IMG/VR virus record: IMGVR_UViG_3300032293_000813
Span: 23,000-86,999 of that record
Source of the DNA: a virus
Taxonomy: Duplodnaviria; Heunggongvirae; Uroviricota; Caudoviricetes
DNA length: 64,000 bases
Strand: one strand, 5' to 3'
Shown: positions 29,922 to 39,640 of the stretch, piece after piece
Numbering within the stretch: the first letter of the stretch is position 1
Layout of the letters: each line of letters opens with the position of its first letter
Position numbers and translations under genes: made by a program
The notes under the pieces: generated by a model
Databases searched by the model: none
What the model was told of the DNA's origin: nothing
Seen by the model: the letters and a program-made list of their open reading frames with translations, nothing else

Positions 29922-29927
29922 AACTTT

Positions 29928-32900
29928 TTATATCGAACCACTAAGTTGTGCCTCTAAATAAATAACTTTATCGTTTAATTCTTGAATAGCCTTAATCATT
30001 GGTGCAATTAACTCAGTATAATTTAATCCCATATACCCTTCTTTTTGATAATTAATATCTCTTTCAACCGATTCCCAATTAGATTGTGTTTTAAATTTTT
30101 CAATCTGCTCATCTGTATATTCTAATGATGAAGTATGTATAAATGAAACATCATCTGTTCCATGTCCATATTCTGATAACGATGAACTTATTTCTTGTGC
30201 CACAAAACCATAATGATATCTAGGTGTTTTTGATTCATTATATTTAAATTTCTTTGGTTTTAATTTATTAAGAAATTCTAATCCCAAATCACTATCCTCA
30301 ATTGAATTTTTTAATCTTTCATCCGAAATATTTAATGCATTATTCGTCCAAACAGTTCTCCATCTATTACCCGTAGTTCCTAAATCATTCGTATTACCAA
30401 CGAATGGATGCCATACACCATTACAATAACTAAATTGACCACTACCATTAGAATCAAAATAAACAGTACCTTTTAGTTTTATCTTATCCCCGACTCTGTT
30501 CATCTTTATATAATCATTTGCACTATCTGCAATTATTATTCCTTTATCCGATATTTCAGCAAGAGATACTGCTTTATTATATGTTTTACTACCCTGTGAT
30601 TCTTGAGAGATTGTATAATCTATGTATCCTGAATTTATAAATTTCATTACCTCAGTAACGGGTTTCATATAATATGTTCCAGCTGCAGGAAATGTAAATG
30701 ATTGGAATTGGCTCATCAATCCACTGTACACCGTACCCGAATCCATTGCGGTGAATGAATTAGCTGAATTTACATACATTGTTCCATAGACAGTTCCACC
30801 TGCATCGACAACATTTACATAACTATATAGGAATAAATATCCAGAAAAAGCTGGACTTGTTCCGTATTGTATATACGATGACCCCCAATTATATTTAACA
30901 GTAACAACATATGTTCCTGCTGCAGGAACCGAGAATGAAGTTGTTGTACCACTAGTCGTTACATTACCGGATGTAGTTATACCATATTCAGTAACAAGTA
31001 CTTGATTTATAGTTGCAGAAAAATTATCCGCTGATTCTGGGTCTGTAAGTGAACCAATTTTTATATTTAATTTTGTTTCACCTGTTGTATCCGCGTATTC
31101 AATATTTGGTGCACTCGGATTTAGTGTGATTTTTCCCGTTGAAGATGAACCTATTAACTTTCCTACATTATCAACTACCCATCCACCGATACTACCTGCG
31201 GTTGCAGTTACGGTACCGGTAATGTTTGCAGTAGTTGCACTAAGTACACCTGCAGTAGATACACTAAATGGAGCCGATGCGAATGAATTATTACCTAACC
31301 ATATTCCAGTAGTATCTGCTTTAAAGATATTAGGTGCAGTTCCAATTGCAATACTACCACCGGTTATACTTGCTCCACTAACAGTTCCACCACTAACAGT
31401 TCCACCACTAATAGTACCACCTGAAATTGTTGCAACGGATGTAATGTTTCCACTAAAGTATCCAGATGATGCACTTATGATACCATTAACGCTTAAAGAA
31501 CTACCATCCCATTTTAAAAACCCACTAGCTCCAACTAATGACATCCTATAATTGCCTGAATCATTACCTAACCAAATACCCGTTGAACCATATGTTTTAG
31601 TTGTTTGCCCAACTGAAATATAAGGATACGCATTTCCACCATAAATTGTTACGTTCGATGCATTTCCCGCTGCATTAGTACCAACATTTATTGTGTTTTG
31701 TACATAAGATTCTTCTGCAATTAAAAGACCCGTTGCTACTGCACTAAAAGAAGTAAATTCTTCCCAAGTTGCATCCCCTCCATTAGTTGGGGTTGAGGTA
31801 GCGTTAATCGTTGTTAAATCGGCTCCTCTGAAAGCGTAGAATTTTCCACTATGTTTTACCGCATCTTTTTTAGTTGCACTATTATTTAAAACAAATCCAG
31901 GTTCCGCTGCTTTCTTTGTTGCATAATCACCGATGTATAAAAGACCAGGACCCTGTCTACCATCTTTAACAGGAGTTACTTTATGAGTTCGAACTTCACT
32001 TCCCGCTACTCCTTCTGAATTTACATAGTTAACCGTTATAGTAGTTGTAGTACCTGCATCAGTTGTAGGAGTGGTAGGCGTAACGGTTCCATTATTATTG
32101 TTTGTACCACCTGTTACAGATACATAAAATGTACTATTACCATAAGGAGAACTATCATCATAGCTATAATCAGAAGATTCTTTTGCTTTAATTGTTACCA
32201 CCGCCGGAGCCGTATATCCTCCGGAAGATGATGCAACGTTTTGCCCTTCAGGTGTTATCGTTACTAATGTAGTAGGTGCCGCATTTTTAACTTTCGATAA
32301 TGATATACTATCTGTTACTACTCTAGTCGTTCCCTCACTATCTGTTATAGTAGCACTAACTGCAACGGTTGTACTATCAGTTGCCGATGCCAATGTTCTA
32401 CCATTTAATGTAATTATTCCTGTTGCAGGTGCTGTTCCGATTGTTGCTATATCGGCAGATGTTGCATTTAAAGTGGTTATTGTTTTTGTTGTAGTTGAAC
32501 CATCATATGTTTCACTCACTGTCACAACTGAATTACTAAATGCTCCAATTTGTGCACCCGTTGATTTCCCACTTACACTTTGTATTTTGTTTGTTATCTC
32601 TATCTTTAATACTGGTGCCGCTTTTCTTGCCTTTGTTACAGATGATTTTAATGAACCAGTTCCATAAGAACCTTCACCAAATGTATAATGAACTTCATCC
32701 AACGTTAATTGAACCGAATCACTACCGCTCACCATATTATTAAGTGTAACAGTGTTGGTTGATATCGCAGTAGTAATTGTAGTAACAGGAACTTGTGATA
32801 CGGATTTTATTCTATTAAATCTATCTGTTCCATTTTCAGTTGCAGTTACATTTAATGTTGTATATCCCGCAGTTGTATTACCACCTGCTACCGCACCAAT

Positions 32901-35765
32901 ACTATTTGCGGATAATGTTTGAGATGTTGGATTAACATTCAAATCAATTGTAGGAACTGAATTTCTTTGTTTCTTAAATGTAATTGTCTTTGTTGCAGTT
33001 TCAATTACACCTAATGCATCTCTGTAGTTTATATTTACCGTTACTAAACCTTGCTCATAAGAGTTGTTTGTAAAAGCACTAATACCAACATCAATTCCAT
33101 CCGCCGCTAAAGAACCCGTCGTAGTTGTAGCTAAACATCCACTTACCGCAGTTGTAATCCAAAATCTATTTGTAGTAGAAGATGCTGCTGGTACAATTGC
33201 TTCTCCACCAACATTCACCGTCACTTTTGCTTTTTGTGAAGTAAATTGTGCTGATTCCGTTACATCATTATTAGCAGTTGAAAACTGAGATGCATACAAT
33301 GATGATTTTGCTCTTAAAGTAAAATTATCATTTGATAGATTAACGGCTAATGGAGAATTAATAACAACCGGGTCAATAGTTACCGAACCCGTATATGCAA
33401 CTCCTCTTCTATCTAATTGTTGGAACACATATGTAGTAGAGTTATATCCGCTTCCTGTTACAAATTTATCAACTGGAGTAGTGCCAGCATCCAATACAAA
33501 TGTTATCGGCGATGTGTTCGAAGACCCACTTAATGAGGCGGTTATGTTTCCACCAATTTTAGATTGTGTAATAGGATATACGGATGATGATGGTAAATTT
33601 AATCTATCAACTGATAATACTATTCTTTGATTAGATGGGTCTGGCTCTAATGTAGTTCTCTTATATGTAAATTGATTTTTATTTGCTCTTACTAAAACTT
33701 GTTTATCTTTCTCACCATCGGATTGTCTAAATATTGTAAAGTTTTTAGTAGCCGGTAATGATGATGATGTTTCAGTTAAAGTATAAACAATTCTATCTAC
33801 AATAACTGATGTTGCAGCTGGTGGGTTTGCATGTCTACTTCCTGTGAAAGATGAAAGTGTTAATACTGCACTTCCACTATAAAGATTTTCAGAATAACTT
33901 CCAAATGCACCAGGATATGGAGATAAAACCGCTGAGTATGATGCGGGTGGAATAGGAACACCACCGGTATCAAATGCCTGAGATGTAATCAACAAATCAC
34001 CCAATACTCTATTCTTACTAATTGAGATATTAACTTGTTGTGAGGCGGGTATTGCAATTAAATCCGAATCAAATGAGAAATAATTTTTATCAGCATCTAC
34101 TATAATTTCTTTATCAATTAATTTTATATTTCCACTAACAAATTGTTTAGTAGCAAATACATCGATAGGAACATAGTTATTATTTATATCAAAAAATTCA
34201 AACTTAAAATCAAATGTTTCTTGTTCCAACTGTCTATCAATTGGAATTATAAAATTAAATGAATCAGGTGAATATCCTAATTCGTTTGATGATTTTAAAC
34301 TAACTGAACCAACTTGCCAATAAGCGTTTGCAGTAGAAGTAGTTGATTTAAAATTAAGAGTCCAATCATCTGTTCTGTACGGTATAAAATTAATCGAACG
34401 CTTTACTGAGTTTCTAAATTCATTAGAGCCTGTTAGATTTTCTAAACTCTGAGTTAGATAATAATTTGAAATACCACTTCCACTTCTTAAAGTAGAAGTT
34501 AGATATACACTCAAAGAATCATTAGCATTACTTGATGCGGAATCATATAAAGTGTAATATTCTAATGTGTATTCACTACCACTATACAATCTTAAATCAT
34601 TTCCTAAATTTGAAGAAATGGTATTATTTTTAAATTTAACCGCTTTGTATATCTTAGAAGAATCTAATGATGTGTTTGCACTACTAGCGGTATTCCAATA
34701 TGTGTTCCAATTTGTACCATCTAAATAAGAACCGGTAAAAAATCCAACTCTTTCAATAGAGCCAGAAATTACATTTGTTAATATTTCCGCTGAATCAACT
34801 CGTGTATCCTGAATAGTAGCATAATCTAAATTACTTGCTCTACTCTTTTTAAATACTTTCAATCTTTCAACATCACCGACAAATGTAGCTAAGTTACTTA
34901 CAGAAAATCTACCGAATGAACCTAATATTGGAGATTCGGTTGGGTTGGTAAAATATTGATAATTTAATGCATATGATGCACCGGTAAAAGATTGTATAGT
35001 TCCTTCTGAGCCTGTGTAAGGAACTCTCACAACAACCGTATTTTGATTCAGATATTCTAATACATCTGCATCTTGTATCCCAGTTCCAGCTACAGAAATA
35101 GTAGTTGCGCCATCTTTAAAATCACCCCCTTCATTTTCTATATAGTATCGTATAGCTCCTCTATATCCTCTTACAAATGTTCCTTCAGATGGAGTTAAAG
35201 CATATCCTCTTACGGTAGAAGATGATTGTGCAGTTGATACTAAAGTCTTTGCATAAAAACTCTCATCTAATTCTTCAATTTCAATTTCAGGTCTTTTGAC
35301 AAACCTTACTCTCGTTTCGTTTGGAATATTTTTATTTATCTTTACATTTCTCTCCCACTTTACATTATATATACCTTCCCAATCAGCAGGGACAGGTTGC
35401 TCAAATCCATTCTCATCCACATAACTCCTAAGCTCACCTAATATAGTAATCTTACCGATACCGATTGGAGTGTCTTGATAAACATGAGCAGTTATTAATT
35501 TAGATAACCCCTCATAATATTCTGGAATACCTTCACCTGCTTGCACAAATAATGGATTACCCTCTACATCCAATACCTCTATTTTAATTTCAGTATCCCC
35601 TTTTAAATAAGGTGAACCTTCTATAAGAAACCCATTTTTACCAGAGGTGAATGTATCAGCTAATTCTGATATTCTAAAATAATTAGATGAACCTATCGTA
35701 TCATTAATAAAAACTTGAAAGTTTTGTAGGTTAAGTAAAGGTGATATTTTTTCGATTTTTGCCAT
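29928..35765 (-). CDS. Long tail fibre / receptor-binding protein with C-terminal peptidase S74 intramolecular chaperone
   Basis: 1945 aa, Ser/Thr/Gly-rich repeated beta modules; ends SDERLKNSI...LNKLKPKKFKY...YGFVAQE...LNYTELIAPMIKAIQEL. Confidence 0.85.
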   Translation of the reverse strand: MAKIEKISPLLNLQNFQVFINDTIGSSNYFRISELADTFTSGKNGFLIEGSPYLKGDTEIKIEVLDVEGNPLFVQAGEGIPEYYEGLSKLITAHVYQDTPIGIGKITILGELRSYVDENGFEQPVPADWEGIYNVKWERNVKINKNIPNETRVRFVKRPEIEIEELDESFYAKTLVSTAQSSSTVRGYALTPSEGTFVRGYRGAIRYYIENEGGDFKDGATTISVAGTGIQDADVLEYLNQNTVVVRVPYTGSEGTIQSFTGASYALNYQYFTNPTESPILGSFGRFSVSNLATFVGDVERLKVFKKSRASNLDYATIQDTRVDSAEILTNVISGSIERVGFFTGSYLDGTNWNTYWNTASSANTSLDSSKIYKAVKFKNNTISSNLGNDLRLYSGSEYTLEYYTLYDSASSNANDSLSVYLTSTLRSGSGISNYYLTQSLENLTGSNEFRNSVKRSINFIPYRTDDWTLNFKSTTSTANAYWQVGSVSLKSSNELGYSPDSFNFIIPIDRQLEQETFDFKFEFFDINNNYVPIDVFATKQFVSGNIKLIDKEIIVDADKNYFSFDSDLIAIPASQQVNISISKNRVLGDLLITSQAFDTGGVPIPPASYSAVLSPYPGAFGSYSENLYSGSAVLTLSSFTGSRHANPPAATSVIVDRIVYTLTETSSSLPATKNFTIFRQSDGEKDKQVLVRANKNQFTYKRTTLEPDPSNQRIVLSVDRLNLPSSSVYPITQSKIGGNITASLSGSSNTSPITFVLDAGTTPVDKFVTGSGYNSTTYVFQQLDRRGVAYTGSVTIDPVVINSPLAVNLSNDNFTLRAKSSLYASQFSTANNDVTESAQFTSQKAKVTVNVGGEAIVPAASSTTNRFWITTAVSGCLATTTTGSLAADGIDVGISAFTNNSYEQGLVTVNINYRDALGVIETATKTITFKKQRNSVPTIDLNVNPTSQTLSANSIGAVAGGNTTAGYTTLNVTATENGTDRFNRIKSVSQVPVTTITTAISTNTVTLNNMVSGSDSVQLTLDEVHYTFGEGSYGTGSLKSSVTKARKAAPVLKIEITNKIQSVSGKSTGAQIGAFSNSVVTVSETYDGSTTTKTITTLNATSADIATIGTAPATGIITLNGRTLASATDSTTVAVSATITDSEGTTRVVTDSISLSKVKNAAPTTLVTITPEGQNVASSSGGYTAPAVVTIKAKESSDYSYDDSSPYGNSTFYVSVTGGTNNNNGTVTPTTPTTDAGTTTTITVNYVNSEGVAGSEVRTHKVTPVKDGRQGPGLLYIGDYATKKAAEPGFVLNNSATKKDAVKHSGKFYAFRGADLTTINATSTPTNGGDATWEEFTSFSAVATGLLIAEESYVQNTINVGTNAAGNASNVTIYGGNAYPYISVGQTTKTYGSTGIWLGNDSGNYRMSLVGASGFLKWDGSSLSVNGIISASSGYFSGNITSVATISGGTISGGTVSGGTVSGASITGGSIAIGTAPNIFKADTTGIWLGNNSFASAPFSVSTAGVLSATTANITGTVTATAGSIGGWVVDNVGKLIGSSSTGKITLNPSAPNIEYADTTGETKLNIKIGSLTDPESADNFSATINQVLVTEYGITTSGNVTTSGTTTSFSVPAAGTYVVTVKYNWGSSYIQYGTSPAFSGYLFLYSYVNVVDAGGTVYGTMYVNSANSFTAMDSGTVYSGLMSQFQSFTFPAAGTYYMKPVTEVMKFINSGYIDYTISQESQGSKTYNKAVSLAEISDKGIIIADSANDYIKMNRVGDKIKLKGTVYFDSNGSGQFSYCNGVWHPFVGNTNDLGTTGNRWRTVWTNNALNISDERLKNSIEDSDLGLEFLNKLKPKKFKYNESKTPRYHYGFVAQEISSSLSEYGHGTDDVSFIHTSSLEYTDEQIEKFKTQSNWESVERDINYQKEGYMGLNYTELIAPMIKAIQELNDKVIYLEAQLSGSI
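31375..31419 (-). repeat. 3 x 15-bp tandem repeat encoding SGGT(I/V) pentapeptides in the tail fibre
   Basis: Plus strand ccactaacagttcca twice, then ccactaatagtacca. Confidence 0.8.
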
Positions 35766-35783
35766 TCTGTGTAATTTCTTATA

Positions 35784-35819
35784 GATAAATACCGTTTTAT
35801 TGTATTTATTTATAAATAT
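35784..35819. promoter_or_regulatory. Divergent late-motif cluster between the tail fibre and RHH genes
   Basis: Minus strand GTATTTATC (35792-35784) and ATATTTATA (35819-35811); plus strand GTATTTATT (35802-35810). Confidence 0.5.
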
Positions 35820-35820
35820 A

Positions 35821-35860
35821 CTAAAGAAATCTAAAGAATGATAAAGAAATCAGAAAGATA
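35821..35860 (+). promoter_or_regulatory. Four 10-bp-phased direct repeats over the RHH start codon (putative operator)
   Basis: ctaaagaaat/ctaaagaatg/ataaagaaat/cagaaagata. Confidence 0.5.
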
Positions 35861-36023
35861 TGCAATGTTACAACTCCCAAAAGAGATTCATACTGCATTA
35901 AAAGACTATTGCGATGAGAGAGGTTATAAAATGAGTAGGTTCGTATCTAACCTAATTAAAGATAAAATACGAACCACTAATAAAGCTAGGAATGTTCTTC
36001 CTGTCGATAAAGTTAGAATTTAA
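35838..36023 (+). CDS. Ribbon-helix-helix (CopG/Arc-like) DNA-binding protein
   Basis: 61 aa with an alternating strand YAMLQL, then helix IHTALKDYCDERG and helix MSRFVSNLIKDKI; the only credible plus-strand gene. Confidence 0.7.
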   Translation: MIKKSERYAMLQLPKEIHTALKDYCDERGYKMSRFVSNLIKDKIRTTNKARNVLPVDKVRI

Positions 36024-39000
36024 CTGAACTGAATCCGTTATCTTTTTTAATCTCCAATAAACTATCGACCACATCCCTCATTGAATCGATGTGTGAGATT
36101 ACTATTACAAACTCAAATTGAGTTTTAAGATATGCAAATGCCATAAATAGAGATTGTAAGTTCTCACTATCCAATGTACCAAATCCTTCATCAATTACTA
36201 AGAAGTTTGGACGAGGTAAGTTGCATATATTGATTAAAGCAACTCTAATTGCTAATCCACTTACAAATTTCTCCATACCACTACACATTTCTAATGGCCA
36301 CTTTCTGTTATCCCCATAATTAATATAAGCATTGACATTCTTACCATCCATTTGTAGGTTCATACTGAAATCTACAATCTGACCTAAAATGTTATTAATC
36401 TCACCTTCAATTGCAGGAAGTGTTCTACTGATTAATTCATACGATATACCATCTCTTTTTACTGCATCTAAATAGTAATCATATAATTTGTTAGTTTCTT
36501 CTAACTTCTTAATTTGAGCAATCCTACCTTCAATTCCTTCTTTTTCTTGCTTTGCTTTAGAAACTATACTATTGATAGATAATTTTTCATCATCAACTTC
36601 TTTGATTTGTTTTTTAATACCATTGATAACCTCTTTAGTATCAGTAATATCTTTACGAAGTTGTTTATTCAATTCTATTTGCTCTTTGTTTCTATGATAC
36701 TCTTCAATCTTAGAAGTTGAATCTTTTATACCATCCTCAGAATCTCTTATATCCAATTTAGTTTTAGAAATATACTCTTTGATTCTACTAACTAAAGTTT
36801 TAGAATCGTTTACCTCCTTATGCTTAGATTGATATGATTTGTATGCATCCTCAACATCATCCCATCTATCCAAAGTTTGTTGAATACCAGTAGTATCAAC
36901 TAATGCCTGTTTAACTATTGCTTCCAATTCAGGTAATGCATTTTTTGCAACCATCGCATCTTTAACAAATGTATTATCACAACAATATTTACAATTTGGG
37001 TCATATTCATGTTTATCCAAATGTTTTATCTTTTCTTCAGCTAAACTTAAATATAATTTTGCATTTGAATATACTTTCTCTGCTTCAATTAGTTTTTTCT
37101 GTTCTTCTTGATAATTTGAATATACAACTTCTATATCAATACCATTATATTTAGATAGATGGGATTGTGATTCAATTAACTCCGATACTATACCTTCTGC
37201 CTGTGTTAATTGTTCTTCCATCTTCACAAGTTTACCATTATCGGTTTCTAATGAACTTGTAAAAGATTCTAATCGTTTTGTCTCAACATCTAAATCAATT
37301 GAAAGAGTAGTTTGTTGAATTTGAGATTCTAAATTAGATAACTTCCTTTCTACTTCGGTTTTATCTTGCTCAAACTCATCCTTCTTTTCAACTAACTCAT
37401 TAAATACCTTTCCATTAGTGTTAACAATCTCATCTAATTCCGCCAATCTCAAAGAGAAATCATCCTTCTTAAAATTCTTTAATAGAATTGCAGCTTCTTT
37501 GTTATCTTCGTTTACAACATCAAATAACTTATCAAATACATTTACTCCTATATATTGTGCTAGAATATCTTTTCTTTCTGATTGTGATTTATCAATGAAT
37601 AAAGCATTGTTACCTTGCAATGAAAGCGAAGTCATTACAAAATCTTCATAAGTACCTAAATACTTTTTGATTACATCATTTGTATTTCGTCTCTCATCTC
37701 CGTTTAAAGATTCATCTGTTCCATCAACTACTCTCCAAAAATTAACATTTACCTTAACCTTTTCTGTTTTAGTTGTATGAGCCTCTCTTTCGATAAAATA
37801 ATCTATACCATCAATCTCAAAATTAAATTTACAACTGAATGTATCTTTTTGATTATTCATAATATGAGTAGCCTTAAATGCTCTACTACACTTATCGAAT
37901 ATACAAAATGAAAGTGAATCGAATAAGGATGATTTACCTTGTGTGTTTGGTGCAAATAAACCAATGATTCCTTTTGCTCTATCGAATTCTATTTTATTAC
38001 CTTCACCATATGAGAACATATTACTGAATTCAAACTTCTTAGGAATCCATAGAATATTATCCGTATCTTCGTGGGTAATCTTTGTGTTAACGTTATTGTT
38101 AATTTCAATTACTTTATTTACAGTCTCATTATCTAAAAGGAATTGCCTTTCTAAATACTCTTTAATTAATCCGTTCTGAATGTTTACATCCTTAACATTA
38201 CCCGCTAAGTTTCTGGCGTTTCTGTTTTTAGTTTTAAGAGAGTTCAATGTATCCTGTCTAGTAACGGTAATTTCAGATATATTAAACATCTTTTGTAATT
38301 CCGTTGATACTAACTTAATATCACCACCCTCTGTTTCCTGAAATCTAACTCTTAGTCGAGGTTGTTTAGGTAACTTAGTTCCTATCTCATCGTGAACCCA
38401 TTGTGGTATAACTCCATTAGTTACATCAATAGTTAAGTAACCATAATCATTATGAATATTAAACTCTTCAAAAGTTTCATTCTTTACATCCCATAATAGG
38501 TAACCATGATTCTCTAAGTATTCTCCGTGATTTTGTTGAACTATTGAACCTGCGTAAACTACAATTGGTTTACCATTTGCCTTATCTCTTTGTTGAACGA
38601 TTTGTCTTTTGTGAATATCTCCCATCAATACCATATCAAACCCATCAAACATATCGGGTGTGAAATTGTTAGATGATACCACATAACCAATATCGGTTCT
38701 AGCCGCATCTACAGGTCCATGAAAGAAACAAATCTTTTTCTTTCCTTCTACATCTTTACCCAAAGGCCAGTTTGCTTTCTTATCTAAAATTGAATAGACC
38801 GTAAAAGTTAATTCATCATTGATATGAGTTGTACCGGTATCTCTTAAGTAATATAAATTTGGATTGTTTAGGTTATCACAGATAGGAGTTAATACATCCA
38901 ATCTATCCATATTGTTTAAGTTACAATCGTGGTTTCCTGTGATTACGAATGTAGGGAAACGATTTGCACATTCATTGAAGAACCAAGTTATTTCTCTAAC

Positions 39001-39192
39001 TAATTCCGGACTCATTTCCGTTTTAGCGTGTGCAATATCTCCTGCTAAATAAATAACTGCGTTCTCCTTCTTTTGTGAATCTACATCCACTAAGAATTTA
39101 TTTAGAATCTCTCTATACTCCTTATGACGTTTTAAGTTACGGATGTGTAAATCCGCTAAGTGATAGATGTAATCTACTTTTATGTTAAGCAT
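36013..39192 (-). CDS. Mre11/SbcD-Rad50/SbcC fusion (gp47-gp46-like recombination nuclease)
   Basis: Phosphoesterase motifs ADLH, AGD, GNHD, FHG and GDIH; Walker A PNTQGKSS; Zn-hook CKYC in a coiled coil; signature CSGME; Walker B VIDEGFGTLD; one continuous ORF. Confidence 0.92.
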   Translation of the reverse strand: MLNIKVDYIYHLADLHIRNLKRHKEYREILNKFLVDVDSQKKENAVIYLAGDIAHAKTEMSPELVREITWFFNECANRFPTFVITGNHDCNLNNMDRLDVLTPICDNLNNPNLYYLRDTGTTHINDELTFTVYSILDKKANWPLGKDVEGKKKICFFHGPVDAARTDIGYVVSSNNFTPDMFDGFDMVLMGDIHKRQIVQQRDKANGKPIVVYAGSIVQQNHGEYLENHGYLLWDVKNETFEEFNIHNDYGYLTIDVTNGVIPQWVHDEIGTKLPKQPRLRVRFQETEGGDIKLVSTELQKMFNISEITVTRQDTLNSLKTKNRNARNLAGNVKDVNIQNGLIKEYLERQFLLDNETVNKVIEINNNVNTKITHEDTDNILWIPKKFEFSNMFSYGEGNKIEFDRAKGIIGLFAPNTQGKSSLFDSLSFCIFDKCSRAFKATHIMNNQKDTFSCKFNFEIDGIDYFIEREAHTTKTEKVKVNVNFWRVVDGTDESLNGDERRNTNDVIKKYLGTYEDFVMTSLSLQGNNALFIDKSQSERKDILAQYIGVNVFDKLFDVVNEDNKEAAILLKNFKKDDFSLRLAELDEIVNTNGKVFNELVEKKDEFEQDKTEVERKLSNLESQIQQTTLSIDLDVETKRLESFTSSLETDNGKLVKMEEQLTQAEGIVSELIESQSHLSKYNGIDIEVVYSNYQEEQKKLIEAEKVYSNAKLYLSLAEEKIKHLDKHEYDPNCKYCCDNTFVKDAMVAKNALPELEAIVKQALVDTTGIQQTLDRWDDVEDAYKSYQSKHKEVNDSKTLVSRIKEYISKTKLDIRDSEDGIKDSTSKIEEYHRNKEQIELNKQLRKDITDTKEVINGIKKQIKEVDDEKLSINSIVSKAKQEKEGIEGRIAQIKKLEETNKLYDYYLDAVKRDGISYELISRTLPAIEGEINNILGQIVDFSMNLQMDGKNVNAYINYGDNRKWPLEMCSGMEKFVSGLAIRVALINICNLPRPNFLVIDEGFGTLDSENLQSLFMAFAYLKTQFEFVIVISHIDSMRDVVDSLLEIKKDNGFSSVKF

Positions 39193-39209
39193 GTTTATAC
39201 TATGTGTTG

Positions 39210-39246
39210 TGTTACAAAGATACGAAAAAAAGGTGAGAATACCAAA
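39210..39246 (-). promoter_or_regulatory. Bacteroidota sigmaA-type promoter upstream of the Mre11-Rad50 fusion
   Basis: TTTG (39246-39243), a 20-nt spacer and TATCTTTG (39222-39215) match the TTTG-N19-21-TAnnTTTG consensus. Confidence 0.75.
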
Positions 39247-39639
39247 TTATTTACCAATTAAATCCATTGGTGTATTGCGGAATATTCTATATGAATCCTC
39301 ATTAAAGTGTTGAGTACTAACCTCATATATAGTAGATAAATCATCTATAGCTTGCAGTTGATGTGGTAGCCCTCTTTCTATTGTAACCGAATCCCCAGCT
39401 TTAATTATTTGTGATACCAATTTACCGTCTTCTACATCTAACCAACTGAATATAAAACTACCCTGTTGAACATACCAACTCTCTTTTTTCTTTAAGTGAT
39501 AATGCATTGAGAACTTATCACCGGTATTATTGAATACTAATAATTTTCCACAATACTCTTCATCATTGTGAATCCATAATTCGTAACCCCATGCCTTTTC
39601 TACTTTAAGGGGTTGTTTAATTTCTACTTCTAATTTCAT
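39247..39639 (-). CDS. Cupin protein (sugar-phosphate isomerase-like)
   Basis: VEKAWGYELWI...SMHYHLKKKESWYV...GLPHQL. Confidence 0.75.
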   Translation of the reverse strand: MKLEVEIKQPLKVEKAWGYELWIHNDEEYCGKLLVFNNTGDKFSMHYHLKKKESWYVQQGSFIFSWLDVEDGKLVSQIIKAGDSVTIERGLPHQLQAIDDLSTIYEVSTQHFNEDSYRIFRNTPMDLIGK

Positions 39640-39640
39640 A

